Source: an uncultured Candidatus Saccharibacteria bacterium
Lineage (GTDB): Bacteria; Patescibacteriota; Minisyncoccia; Phycocordibacterales; PALSA-1337
Length of the DNA stretch: 64,000 nucleotides
Assembly (NCBI GenBank): GCA_964470105.1
Contig: CAYXZI010000002.1
Span: forward strand, 8,644-72,643
Direction of reading: 5' to 3'
Of this stretch, positions 1 through 9,635 are shown piece by piece. The stretch's first letter is position 1. Each line of letters starts with the position of its first letter. A program made the translations under genes and the position numbers. Under the pieces are notes generated by a model, which did not search any database, had not been told where the DNA came from, and saw only the letters and a list, made by a program, of their open reading frames with translations.

Positions 1-1820
1 TTTAGATCAGAAGTACTCCACTTAACTCCTGTTAGAGCAGTTCTGTACTGTCCTGATGTACCCTGAGCACCTAGAGGAACTGAAACTGATAGTGTGAATG
101 TTTCTGATTCACCCTCTTCAATCATATAGTTACCTGTAGCTGTCAAAGTTGTGTCAGTGTTATTTACAAGAGCACCTGTAATTGTGTTAGATGTAGTAGC
201 TGTTCCACTCTTATCAACTGCATAAGTTAGACCTGCTGAAGTTGCTAGAGAAGAAACATAGATAGTATCACCTACCGCTGTTACCTTGTACTTGATTGTG
301 AATAGACCAACATCGTCATTTGAACTTGTACCTGTTGTAGCATCAGTAGCTGTTGAAACTAGAGATAGCTTGATTCCGTTTGTTCGGAATTCCTGAGCTT
401 CTCCAGTAGCTGTACCTGATCTCTCAGATGTTGTGTTCAATTGATCTCCTTCCTCGTTCTCAACATCAATATTGTCTCTGTTTGTTGATGTCAAAGATGC
501 TGCAAGAGTGTTACCCTCAGAGAATCCTGTGTCGATATCATTGATATCAGCTAGGACTGTGAATGTGTATGTCTTACCAGCACTTAGAGTCAAGTTAAGA
601 TTGTTGAATGTTGTTGTAGCTGAAGCAGCACTTGTGCTTACAGACTCTGTAAACTCCTTTCCATCAATCTTAAGCTTTAGAGAACCAGTAACTGCATCTA
701 CGTCAGAAGCACCTGTAACTGTAAGTGTAATTGGAAGTTCATCAACCAATAGGTCTGATGTACCTTCTACCTTGATCTTACCAACCAAGAGTGTAACATC
801 GTCTGTATTGTCTGTGTCATCAACTACTACTATACCAGCGTCTGGTCTTGAAGAATCTGTAGAAATCTTCAACTCTGTGTTTGAAGCAGATGAGAAGCTT
901 ACGAAATCAACAGGAACATTGAATGTATCACCGCCGAAGTCTGCTTCGTCAAGTGTTGTAACAACACCTGATCCATCCTCAAATCTGATATTGTCGATAT
1001 CAACTGACCATGAGTCAGAATCTATATCTCCAGAATCGAAATGATTTACTGCATCAACAGAAACATAGAACTTCTCTGTCTGATCTGCCTTAACGACTAC
1101 TCCACTACTTAGTGTAATTGTCTTTGTGTAGATATCAGAGCTGTTTCCCTTACTGAAGTCTCCAGCATCAGCTGAACCAATCTTCTTGTCTCCCATCCAT
1201 ACTGAGACTGAGTCGATATAGTCATCTAGATGATCTGAATCACTTGAGCTGTTTCCTGCTGGATCGAATGCAACCTTAACTGACTTCAACATAACGTCAC
1301 CGTCGTTTGAAGCTTCTACCTCAAATCCAACAACCTTTACATCGCTTTCGTTCTCGCCGATTTCTTCGTTATTGTATTGTGATAGCTCGTTAACATTGTC
1401 GATGTTTCCATCAGTACCCATTAGACCTGTTGATCCAACTACTGCTGCAGGCTTTGTTCCTGCAATTGGCTCACACTTGAATCCAACTGGACAATTAACT
1501 GCTACTGGTGTTGAAGGAGCACTTGTTCCGTTCAATACACCTCTTGTCAATGGACCTACGAATCCTGTGTTTGGAAGTCCTACACTAGCTTGGTAAAGCT
1601 TTACTGCTGCTTGTGTCTGAGAACCAAAGTAACCTGGCTGTGCTGCTCCTGAACTAATTGAAGGAATAGCAAAACCCTTACTAATCAACCATGACTGAAG
1701 AGCAGATACATCTGCACCAGTACTACCTACTGTAAGGTTAGTATTGAATGCTGCATTTGCTGTTGCACCTACAGCTACTATTGCCAAAGCAACGATAGCT
1801 ATTTTTAAAGATCTTTTCAT
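1..1820 (-). CDS. Large secreted surface protein, C-terminus truncated by the window edge. It has an N-terminal signal peptide, a PG_binding_1-like domain, and a long Ser/Thr/Asp-rich beta-repeat region.
   Basis: Hand translation of the minus strand from the ATG at 1818-1820 gives MKRSLKIAIVALAIVAVGATANA... with no stop codon down to position 1. The motif DVSALQSWLISKGF...GYFGSQTQAAVKLYQASVGLP matches a peptidoglycan-binding domain. It is not in the ORF track because it runs off the edge. Confidence 0.6.
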   Translation of the reverse strand, partial: MKRSLKIAIVALAIVAVGATANAAFNTNLTVGSTGADVSALQSWLISKGFAIPSISSGAAQPGYFGSQTQAAVKLYQASVGLPNTGFVGPLTRGVLNGTSAPSTPVAVNCPVGFKCEPIAGTKPAAVVGSTGLMGTDGNIDNVNELSQYNNEEIGENESDVKVVGFEVEASNDGDVMLKSVKVAFDPAGNSSSDSDHLDDYIDSVSVWMGDKKIGSADAGDFSKGNSSDIYTKTITLSSGVVVKADQTEKFYVSVDAVNHFDSGDIDSDSWSVDIDNIRFEDGSGVVTTLDEADFGGDTFNVPVDFVSFSSASNTELKISTDSSRPDAGIVVVDDTDNTDDVTLLVGKIKVEGTSDLLVDELPITLTVTGASDVDAVTGSLKLKIDGKEFTESVSTSAASATTTFNNLNLTLSAGKTYTFTVLADINDIDTGFSEGNTLAASLTSTNRDNIDVENEEGDQLNTTSERSGTATGEAQEFRTNGIKLSLVSTATDATTGTSSNDDVGLFTIKYKVTAVGDTIYVSSLATSAGLTYAVDKSGTATTSNTITGALVNNTDTTLTATGNYMIEEGESETFTLSVSVPLGAQGTSGQYRTALTGVKWSTSDL

Positions 1821-2208
1821 AATAATATTTATAATTTTAAATATCTTCTTCTCGGTTATTAATAATTTTGAGAGAAAACATTTAACAAACTGAACTAATA
1901 AACTTAACTGATAAACTATTCACCATTTCCCCCTCTTTTGTATTCGACACAAAAAAGGAAGATGAGGCTATAAGGATTCGAGACTGATTTCAACTTTTTA
2001 CTAACCGTATAGGAAAAAAGAGTGTCAGAAAATAACTTGTTTTAATCAGGGGTATTATATTGTCAAAGACCGTTGCAGACTATTATATCTTGTACGGCTG
2101 AGAATCTGCAAACTATATGTGGATAACTGGGGCTAAATTGACCCAGTACCAACAAGAGCATACTACACAAAATAGCTCCAAAAGTCAACAAAAATACCCG
2201 CCCCGTAT

Positions 2209-2880
2209 CTAAGTATTTAGTGAGTACGTACTCCATCTTCTTTCCCCAACTCTTTTTACGACACCACTTTTAACAAGTGCAATTAATTCTCTCTGGATTG
2301 TCTTTTCACTACAGTCCTTTATCACACTAGTGAAGTCCTTTATAGTTAGATTTGAACTCTGCTTTAATAGCGCCATAATTCTATCTTTTCTTATTAACTG
2401 TTTATCAGCCGATGTTTTTGTGGTAGACAAGTATTGTGTCTGAATTGTGTTATTTTCAAGCCTACCATCGAGTCCAGTTATGTCCTGTCCTTTATTGTCT
2501 TTTATATCACTATCTGTTGCAAAGAAACTTTCAGAGAGGATGTAGCCAGGAAGACCTGCTTCGCTATTATCTTTCAGTAATAATTTAGTTTGAGTTTCTA
2601 ATTCACTAATGATGATTGAGGCATTAACACCTGATATCAGGGAAATATTTGCACAAATATTCAGCAACGAAACCACCTTAAGAGAAGATATTTTTAAAAG
2701 ACTTTTTGCATGATTTTGTTCAACAGAATAAGCAGAGTCAATAAGCATTACACTTGATATCAGTGCAACGCCTTCCTCTCTAATTTCCCACTTCATAGTA
2801 TCACTGTCTTTTATGTGATTAGTGACCAAATATAGTGCAGAAACGATTTTTTGAAATTTCTGAATTATTGTCTTTTCCAT
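2209..2880 (-). CDS. Hypothetical protein with a C-terminal winged-helix/HTH-like segment
   Basis: 223 aa ORF. The C-terminus LTIKDFTSVIKDCSEKTIQRELIALVKSGVVKRVGERRWSTY resembles a wHTH DNA-binding domain. No other recognisable motif. Confidence 0.35.
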   Translation of the reverse strand: MEKTIIQKFQKIVSALYLVTNHIKDSDTMKWEIREEGVALISSVMLIDSAYSVEQNHAKSLLKISSLKVVSLLNICANISLISGVNASIIISELETQTKLLLKDNSEAGLPGYILSESFFATDSDIKDNKGQDITGLDGRLENNTIQTQYLSTTKTSADKQLIRKDRIMALLKQSSNLTIKDFTSVIKDCSEKTIQRELIALVKSGVVKRVGERRWSTYSLNT

Positions 2881-3055
2881 TGTCTTTTTGAGACCTTTTT
2901 AATGTCCCTTAACTGTCTTTTATTGAAAAAAATTATTGTCCATTATTTGTCTATTATATAAAGGACGTGGCTTAATTGCAAAGTTTATTGATGGTTATGA
3001 CACGCTATAAATATAATAACAATAGTGTGATATGATTATTGTATAAAAAAATATT

Positions 3056-5266
3056 ATGGCAACTAGAAAAAAGATTAAGGATGATGTAAAAAAACAGAAG
3101 GAGGTTGTTGTCGGTAAAGAAACGATGCAGGCAGTCTACGCAATAATTTTCTTTTTGATTGCACTACTATTCGTACTTGCCCCCTTTCATTTAGCAGATC
3201 CATTTGGTCAATATGCATATGAATTTCTTCGTACATGGTTTGGTCTGGGATATTTCCTACTTCCTATCTCTTTCATAATGATTGCCATTTCCTTTCTTAA
3301 AGGTATCGAGGCTGAATTTAAAATCTCAAAGTTTCTTGGTGTAGCATTATTCTTTCTATCAGGACTCGGTTTAATGCGTCTATTAGCAGATGAGGGTGGG
3401 CATGTAGGTAGGTGGATAACTCTACCCTTTATTAAGTTTTTTGGTGTCTATGCGACCCCCCTAATACTCATTGCTGGCATTGCTATATCTATACTTATAA
3501 CATTCGAAATTCATTTTACAGTTGATCACCTAAAATTCTGGAAATGGTTTAGTACAGATGATGAATCTGAGGATGAGGAAGTTGCTTCGGAAACACAAAT
3601 AGACAAAGCCGTCAGTGATGTTGAAAATAAGCTACAAAAGGAACAATTAAAGATAGCTGAGCAGAACCAAAATAAAGGAAAGGTGGAGAAAATACAGAAA
3701 GAAGAGGAAGGGGATATTAAGTTAGTGTCTGCATATAGTTTAAAACCTTTTGTTCCACCACCTCTTTCATTACTAGAAAAGGATCGTGGTAAGCCTGAAA
3801 CTGGAGATATCAAGGCAAATGCAAATATAATTAAGAGGACATTGGCTAATTTCGGTATAGATGTTGAAATGGATGAGATTTCTATTGGTCCATCAGTCAC
3901 TAGATACGCACTAAAACCCGCTGAAGGAGTGAAGCTTTCAAAGATAGTTGCGTTGAACAACGATCTTGCTCTAGCCTTGGCTGCGCATCCTATACGTATT
4001 GAGGCGCCAATACCCGGTAAATCACTTGTGGGTATTGAAATACCAAACACAACAAAGACAACTGTTGGTCTCGCTACTCTTCTAGGCTCAGAGGAGTATC
4101 AGAATTCAGAAAAACCACTATTAATTTCGCTTGGTAAGGGTATATCAGGAAAATCATATTTCTCAAATCTCGCCAAAGCTCCACACATGCTAATCGCTGG
4201 TGCAACCGGATCAGGTAAGTCAGTTACTATTCATGCAATTATTACCTCACTACTCTTCAGAAATTCACCTGAAAATCTTAAATTCATAATGATTGACCCG
4301 AAACGAGTAGAGTTAACTTTGTACAATAAAATTCCTCACCTCCTCACACCTGTTATAACTGATGCAAAGAAAGCGATCTTAGCGCTAAAATGGGCAGCGA
4401 AAGAAATGAGCAGGAGATACGATACGCTCGAGAAGTGTACTGTTCGTGATATTGATTCATACCACAAGACAGTTCTATCACCCGCTATCGAAAGACATAA
4501 GAAAAACAAGGATGAGGTTATGCCTGAAAGCATGCCGTATATCGTAATAGTATTAGATGAGTTGGCAGATATCATGCAGACATATCCACGTGAACTAGAG
4601 TCAGCAATAGTTAGACTAGCTCAAATGAGTCGTGCTGTTGGAATTCACCTTATCCTATCGACACAGAGACCGAGTGTTAATGTTATAACTGGATTAATCA
4701 AAGCAAATGTTCCGACAAGAGTTGCGCTACAAGTATCCGCACAGATTGATTCTCGAACCATACTTGATACTGGAGGAGCAGAAAAATTACTTGGTGCTGG
4801 AGATATGCTCTATCTTGGCGGTGAAATGTCTAAACCTCAAAGATTGCAGTCAGCTTACATAACTGAAACAGAAGTTAAAAAAGTTGTATCTCACCTAGCT
4901 GATACATATAAAGATGAAATAATGGGTGAAATTAATCTCGCTGTACCAGAAGCTGGCAAGGACTCAATTTTTGAATCTAGCTTTGATTCTGATAGTGCTG
5001 ATTTGGGTGATGAGGATGAACTACTAGGACAGGCGAGGGATATAGTAATCGAGAGCGGCAAAGCTTCTACATCTTGGCTGCAGAGAAAACTTGGTATTGG
5101 ATATTCTAGAGCAGCAAAATTAATTGATCTTCTAGAGTCAAAAGGTGTTGTTGGACCAGCTAATGGATCTAAAGCTCGTGAAGTGTACGGATCACAGGCT
5201 TCAGGTGGTGATACTACACCCTCCACCTCCCAACCAGAGACAATAACTGAAGGTAATGATCAATAG
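3056..5266 (+). CDS. ftsK: DNA translocase FtsK/SpoIIIE
   Basis: N-terminal transmembrane helices. Walker A GATGSGKSV, Walker B VIVLDELADIM, and a gamma-domain winged helix WLQRKLGIGYSRAAKLIDLLESKGVVGP. Confidence 0.95.
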   Translation: MATRKKIKDDVKKQKEVVVGKETMQAVYAIIFFLIALLFVLAPFHLADPFGQYAYEFLRTWFGLGYFLLPISFIMIAISFLKGIEAEFKISKFLGVALFFLSGLGLMRLLADEGGHVGRWITLPFIKFFGVYATPLILIAGIAISILITFEIHFTVDHLKFWKWFSTDDESEDEEVASETQIDKAVSDVENKLQKEQLKIAEQNQNKGKVEKIQKEEEGDIKLVSAYSLKPFVPPPLSLLEKDRGKPETGDIKANANIIKRTLANFGIDVEMDEISIGPSVTRYALKPAEGVKLSKIVALNNDLALALAAHPIRIEAPIPGKSLVGIEIPNTTKTTVGLATLLGSEEYQNSEKPLLISLGKGISGKSYFSNLAKAPHMLIAGATGSGKSVTIHAIITSLLFRNSPENLKFIMIDPKRVELTLYNKIPHLLTPVITDAKKAILALKWAAKEMSRRYDTLEKCTVRDIDSYHKTVLSPAIERHKKNKDEVMPESMPYIVIVLDELADIMQTYPRELESAIVRLAQMSRAVGIHLILSTQRPSVNVITGLIKANVPTRVALQVSAQIDSRTILDTGGAEKLLGAGDMLYLGGEMSKPQRLQSAYITETEVKKVVSHLADTYKDEIMGEINLAVPEAGKDSIFESSFDSDSADLGDEDELLGQARDIVIESGKASTSWLQRKLGIGYSRAAKLIDLLESKGVVGPANGSKAREVYGSQASGGDTTPSTSQPETITEGNDQ

Positions 5267-5606
5267 AGACGGAGTACAAAAAATTATAAAGATTAGTCTC
5301 TTTGTATTTATAATACTGGTTGTAACAATATACTCTGTTATCTCTTTCAAAGACTACGTGGATGGACCGCAAATTGAGGTGATGCAGCCGATTAATGGCA
5401 GCAGTATAGCTAGTTCTACCACCCTACTTAAGGGTCAAGTGAAGCGAATAAAGGACGTTAGCATAAACAATAGACCACTATTAATTGATACTCAAGGAAA
5501 CTTTACCTATAACCTACTTCTTTTAGATGGTTATAATATTTTTATAATTTCAGCAATTGATAAGTTTGGAAGAACTACTGAATACAAATTAGAACTTGTC
5601 CACTGA
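5256..5606 (+). CDS. Small membrane-anchored hypothetical protein
   Basis: 116 aa ORF that overlaps the ftsK stop by 11 nt. One N-terminal transmembrane helix followed by a beta-rich domain. Confidence 0.35.
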   Translation: MINRDGVQKIIKISLFVFIILVVTIYSVISFKDYVDGPQIEVMQPINGSSIASSTTLLKGQVKRIKDVSINNRPLLIDTQGNFTYNLLLLDGYNIFIISAIDKFGRTTEYKLELVH

Positions 5607-5672
5607 GATTATTATTGAAATATTGATATAATTCAGCGAGTACCCACTCATTATTACTTAATATACAACCGC

Positions 5673-6776
5673 ATGACAAAAAAGATAAAAAACATAAAAC
5701 AAAAAGAAGAAGAATTGGAGGAAAAAATAGAGGAAGTTGACGATGAAGGAGCTGTTAAAAACAAGAAACCGGCAAAAGAAAGTAAGAGTATAGATCCCAC
5801 CCTAAGCATTGGATCTACCCTTGATGCAATTAGATCAAAGTTTGGTGATGAGTCAATAATGAAGCTTGGAGATAAACCGAAGGTAAATGTTAATGCCATA
5901 CCAACTGGCTCTATAGGCCTTGATGCAGCACTAGGAATTGGTGGTATGCCTAGAGGTAGAATTGTTGAGATATTTGGACCAGAATCATCTGGTAAGACTA
6001 CCCTATCTCTTCATATAATCGCAGAGGCACAGAAGATTGGTGGTATTTGTGCATTCATAGATGCAGAGCATGCTATGGATCCAGAATATGCAAAGAGACT
6101 AGGAGTTAAAACTGAGGAATTACTTATTTCTCAACCAGAATCAGGCGAACAAGCACTTGGAATCGTAGAGAGTTTAGTCCATTCAGGCAAGATGGATGTT
6201 ATTGTCATAGACTCTGTCGCAGCACTAACACCAAAAGATGAAATTGAAGGTGATATGGGTGCACACCATGTAGGTAAACAGGCTCGACTTATGTCGCAAG
6301 CACTTCGAAAACTTACTAGTATAGTAGCGAAGTCAAAAACAATAGTTATATTCATAAACCAGATACGTATGCAGATCGGAGTTATGTTTGGTAATCCAGA
6401 GACCACTCCAGGTGGAAAGGCTCTTAAGTTCTACACCTCTGTTCGTCTAGATATACGTCGTATAGCTCAGATTAAAAAGGGTGAAGAGATTATGGGAGGA
6501 CGCGTAAGAGTGAAGGTTGTAAAGAATAAGGTCGCTGCCCCATTCCGCCAGACAGAGTTTGATCTTATGTATAACGAAGGTATATCACAGGAGGGAGAAA
6601 TCATAGCGCTAGGTGAAAAAATGAATATAATATCAAAATCAGGTACATCATATGCATATGGTGATGTTAAGCTTGGTCGAGGATATGATGCTACACGCCA
6701 ATTCCTAAAAGAGAATGTACCAATCAGAACAGAGATACTAGCCAAGATACGTACTCAACTTGCAGAAGTAAAATAA
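5673..6776 (+). CDS. recA: Recombinase RecA
   Basis: [39 protein letters not shown], the L1/L2 loops and [22 protein letters not shown] are all textbook RecA. Confidence 0.97.
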   Translation: MTKKIKNIKQKEEELEEKIEEVDDEGAVKNKKPAKESKSIDPTLSIGSTLDAIRSKFGDESIMKLGDKPKVNVNAIPTGSIGLDAALGIGGMPRGRIVEIFGPESSGKTTLSLHIIAEAQKIGGICAFIDAEHAMDPEYAKRLGVKTEELLISQPESGEQALGIVESLVHSGKMDVIVIDSVAALTPKDEIEGDMGAHHVGKQARLMSQALRKLTSIVAKSKTIVIFINQIRMQIGVMFGNPETTPGGKALKFYTSVRLDIRRIAQIKKGEEIMGGRVRVKVVKNKVAAPFRQTEFDLMYNEGISQEGEIIALGEKMNIISKSGTSYAYGDVKLGRGYDATRQFLKENVPIRTEILAKIRTQLAEVK

Positions 6777-6796
6777 TTGTGTAAGATAGAACTATT

Positions 6797-7375
6797 ATGT
6801 CAATGTTAGAATACAATGAAATAGTTGAGAGGAAGTATATTGTGCTTGATGGTCAGCCTTATGAAGTTGTTACTTCACATGTTTTCCGCAAACAACAGCG
6901 AAAGCCAGTTAATGCGACAAAGTTGAAGAATCTTATAACTGGTAAGGTTACTGAATATTCATTCCATGTTTCTGAGAAAGTTGAGGAAGCAGAGATTGAT
7001 AAAAGAGAGATTAAATATCTTTATGAGAATAAAAGTAAAGGAGAATATTGGTTCTGTCTACCAACTGATCCAGGTAAGAGATTTAGTTTCACCAAAGATC
7101 AGGTTGGCGAATCAATAAAGTTCATCAAACCAAATACTATTATTACTCAACTTCTTTTCGGAGAAATATCTACAGGATTCAAGGTACCTAACATTGTAGA
7201 ACTAAAGGTTACAGAGGCTCCACCGAACGTTAAAGGTGACAGTGCAACTGGAGGAAGTAAGGTTATAGTCCTAGAGACTGGTGCAACGATCAACGCCCCC
7301 CTATTCGTAAATGAAGGAGATATTATAAAGGTAAATACAGAAACGGGAGAGTATAGAGAAAGAGTTGGGAAGTAA
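6797..7375 (+). CDS. efp: Translation elongation factor P
   Basis: A KOW-like N-domain followed by two OB domains, with the EF-P C-terminal signature GDIIKVNTETGEYRERV. The modification loop reads HVFRKQQRKPVNATKLKNL. Confidence 0.88.
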   Translation: MSMLEYNEIVERKYIVLDGQPYEVVTSHVFRKQQRKPVNATKLKNLITGKVTEYSFHVSEKVEEAEIDKREIKYLYENKSKGEYWFCLPTDPGKRFSFTKDQVGESIKFIKPNTIITQLLFGEISTGFKVPNIVELKVTEAPPNVKGDSATGGSKVIVLETGATINAPLFVNEGDIIKVNTETGEYRERVGK

Positions 7376-7382
7376 GCAAAAG

Positions 7383-7416
7383 AAAAACCAGTAGATTGTA
7401 CTACTGGTTTTTCTTT
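7383..7416. terminator. Bidirectional intrinsic terminator between efp (+) and rpsR (-)
   Basis: Hairpin ccagtag-attgta-ctactgg with an A-run on one side and a T-run on the other. Confidence 0.6.
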
Positions 7417-7421
7417 ATTAA

Positions 7422-7625
7422 TTATCTCGCAACGTAAGGTAGTAAACCTAGGAAACGAGCTCTCTTTACTGCGACCGAAAGCTGGCGTTGTGCCTTTGCA
7501 CTAACTCCTGACTTCTTGCGACTAATCATACGAGCATGAGGATTAAGAAATTTCTTTAAGATTTCTGTATCCTTATAGTCTATATGTCTTATATTGTTCT
7601 GTAGAAAATAACACTGTTTATTCAT
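7422..7625 (-). CDS. rpsR: 30S ribosomal protein S18
   Basis: 67 aa: CYF..IDYKDTEILKKF...AKAQRQLSVAVKRARFLGLLPY. Confidence 0.9.
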   Translation of the reverse strand: MNKQCYFLQNNIRHIDYKDTEILKKFLNPHARMISRKKSGVSAKAQRQLSVAVKRARFLGLLPYVAR

Positions 7626-7645
7626 ATTTTTATATTAGTTATTAA

Positions 7646-8104
7646 TTAAAACGGTATATCATCTGGATTAATCTCTTCTTCTGGATAGTCGATAGTATCA
7701 ACTGGTGGAACATCCTTACCTGCTGGATCTTCTGGTATAGATTTTGATGAACTTCCTGCTCCACCTGCTGCGCCTGTTGGTCTATTACCGAACTGTACTC
7801 TGTCTGCGACGATCTCAGTTCGGTATTTCTTCTGACCATCAGCAGTATCCCATGAGCGAGTCTGCATTCTTCCCTCTACTAGCACACCTGATCCCTTCTT
7901 TAGATATTGACCAGCTGTCTCTGCCTGGCGACCGAATACCACGATATTGTGATAGTCTGCAGCTTCTTGCTTTGCTCCGTTCTTGTCTTTCCAAACACGG
8001 TTTGTAGCGACTGAGAATGAACAAACCTTCGAACCCCCTGGTAATGCCTTAGTTTCTGGATCTCTTGTTAGATTACCTATGACCATTGCTCTGTTTAAAT
8101 ACAT
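7646..8104 (-). CDS. ssb: Single-stranded DNA-binding protein
   Basis: An OB-fold N-terminus, a Gly-rich linker, and an acidic C-terminal tail ending DIPF. Confidence 0.9.
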   Translation of the reverse strand: MYLNRAMVIGNLTRDPETKALPGGSKVCSFSVATNRVWKDKNGAKQEAADYHNIVVFGRQAETAGQYLKKGSGVLVEGRMQTRSWDTADGQKKYRTEIVADRVQFGNRPTGAAGGAGSSSKSIPEDPAGKDVPPVDTIDYPEEEINPDDIPF

Positions 8105-8140
8105 ATTTTTTGAGTATTAAACTAATAAGACCTAAATGAC

Positions 8141-8632
8141 TTACGCCTCTTTGACCATAGCATCAATACTTTTATCCATATCCTCAACTGAAGCAATTAC
8201 TGGCTCACCTGCTAATTCTACACCTGGTTCGACTGGTACGTCTGCAAGAACTTCAGATACAAGTACAGGAGATTTCTTTCCCAAGTATGTATTCTCTCTT
8301 ATAGTTGTTATAAGAAGCATACGAAGCATATTTGGATTTTCTTCAAACAACTTCTTTATACCCTCAATCTCCTTTGCTGGAAGCTCAAACTTAAACCAAC
8401 CAAAATAACCTTTATCGAATCGGTGATTAGTAGGACCAATCTTTTTGACCATGGTATATGCCAAAGTCCTCAATTCTGGTGCCTCTTCGCCTATAAAATC
8501 TGCTCCTTTCTTAGAAAGGATTTCCCTTAGAGTAGTTACTTCTGAAGCAACTTTCTCCTCTGGAATTGAAGATACGAGCATGTATCCTATTTCATATACC
8601 TGCATCTTCTCTTCTTTCATATTTTTCTCCAT
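8141..8632 (-). CDS. rpsF: 30S ribosomal protein S6 with a C-terminal extension
   Basis: MQVYEIGYMLVSS...RTLAYTMVKKIGP...GYFGWFKFELPAKEI matches the S6 fold. The rpsF-ssb-rpsR gene order is conserved. Confidence 0.85.
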   Translation of the reverse strand: MEKNMKEEKMQVYEIGYMLVSSIPEEKVASEVTTLREILSKKGADFIGEEAPELRTLAYTMVKKIGPTNHRFDKGYFGWFKFELPAKEIEGIKKLFEENPNMLRMLLITTIRENTYLGKKSPVLVSEVLADVPVEPGVELAGEPVIASVEDMDKSIDAMVKEA

Positions 8633-8864
8633 ATTTTATGCCTTTTCGGCAATAGTGACAGTAATTTACCCTGTGGTAAAGCGTGATCCGTGCGAATCAG
8701 GACTGTTCACATATTTAGTTGATAATTTGCACGTAAATGCAGATTATCACATAGATGGAGAAAATTCAATGTCTGCTATGGACATGGTGTAAATATATCA
8801 ACTTGTGATTAAATCCATATAAAATCCTAATAAAATTGAAATAAAATTTTTATTAATATTTTAT

Positions 8865-9635
8865 CTATAACTTAAACAGGGTTCTAGCGTTATTAAACAC
8901 ATGTTCTCTTACCATATCCATACTTTCCCCTCTAATTTCTGCTATTTTGTTTACTACTTCAATAACAAAAACTGGTTCATTTCTTTGTCCTCTATATGGT
9001 ACTGGTGCAACAAATGGTGCATCTGTCTCTGTCATAATCATGTTTAATGGAATATTCTTGATTACTTCGTCATAGTTCCTAGTAAAGGTTATTACTCCTG
9101 TAAAAGAAAGTTTAAATCCTAGTTTTATAAATTCATGTGCTTCCTCAGTATTACCGGCATAAAAATGTACATCACCATGAACTTTCGCATGTTTCTTTAG
9201 GATATCTAATGCATCAGCATATGCGCTTTCCCCTTTCATTCCATTCCTTAAATGCAACATTAGAGGCTTCTTTACTTCATTAGCTATTGCAATATGTTTT
9301 TCAAAAATATCTTGTTGGCGAGCTTTATCTGTAATTGGTCTGTGGTAGTAATCAAAACCAGTCTCACCAATACCTACGACTTTTGAATGCAAAGCTAGTT
9401 GTTTATAGAAATCAATATCAAATACTTCATTTGGATCATCTGCTGGATGGAGTCCTATAACTGCCCAGACATTATCATTTGTCTCAGCAATCTTTACTGC
9501 TTTTTCTGAACTTTCCTTATTCACTCCCACAACAATCATACCCACTTCCTTTTCTTGAGCACGCTTAATAGCTTCATCTATATCTAGATTAAAATCATTT
9601 AGATTTAGATGACAATGAATATCGATGTATTTCAT
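8865..9635 (-). CDS. TatD-family metal-dependent DNase/hydrolase
   Basis: MKYIDIHCHLN and TatD motifs. The track ORF reaches 9746, but the likely start is the ATG at 9633-9635, which overlaps the metG stop in a TAATG arrangement. Confidence 0.8.
   Translation of the reverse strand: MKYIDIHCHLNLNDFNLDIDEAIKRAQEKEVGMIVVGVNKESSEKAVKIAETNDNVWAVIGLHPADDPNEVFDIDFYKQLALHSKVVGIGETGFDYYHRPITDKARQQDIFEKHIAIANEVKKPLMLHLRNGMKGESAYADALDILKKHAKVHGDVHFYAGNTEEAHEFIKLGFKLSFTGVITFTRNYDEVIKNIPLNMIMTETDAPFVAPVPYRGQRNEPVFVIEVVNKIAEIRGESMDMVREHVFNNARTLFKL

Noticed and set aside
472-1596. Plus-strand ORFs 472..1044 and 1372..1596 from the six-frame track
   Set aside because: Low-complexity shadow ORFs lying entirely inside the long minus-strand surface-protein gene. 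That gene has a convincing signal peptide and PG-binding domain and an uninterrupted frame.
3526-5226. Minus-strand ORFs 3526..4050, 4336..4575 and 4891..5226
   Set aside because: Antisense shadows within ftsK. Ser-rich and low-complexity, with no motifs.
8633-8864. Possible regulatory leader upstream of rpsF
   Set aside because: The AT-rich region shows no convincing conserved structure by eye. S6:S18 autoregulatory leaders exist in other bacteria, but I cannot support one here.
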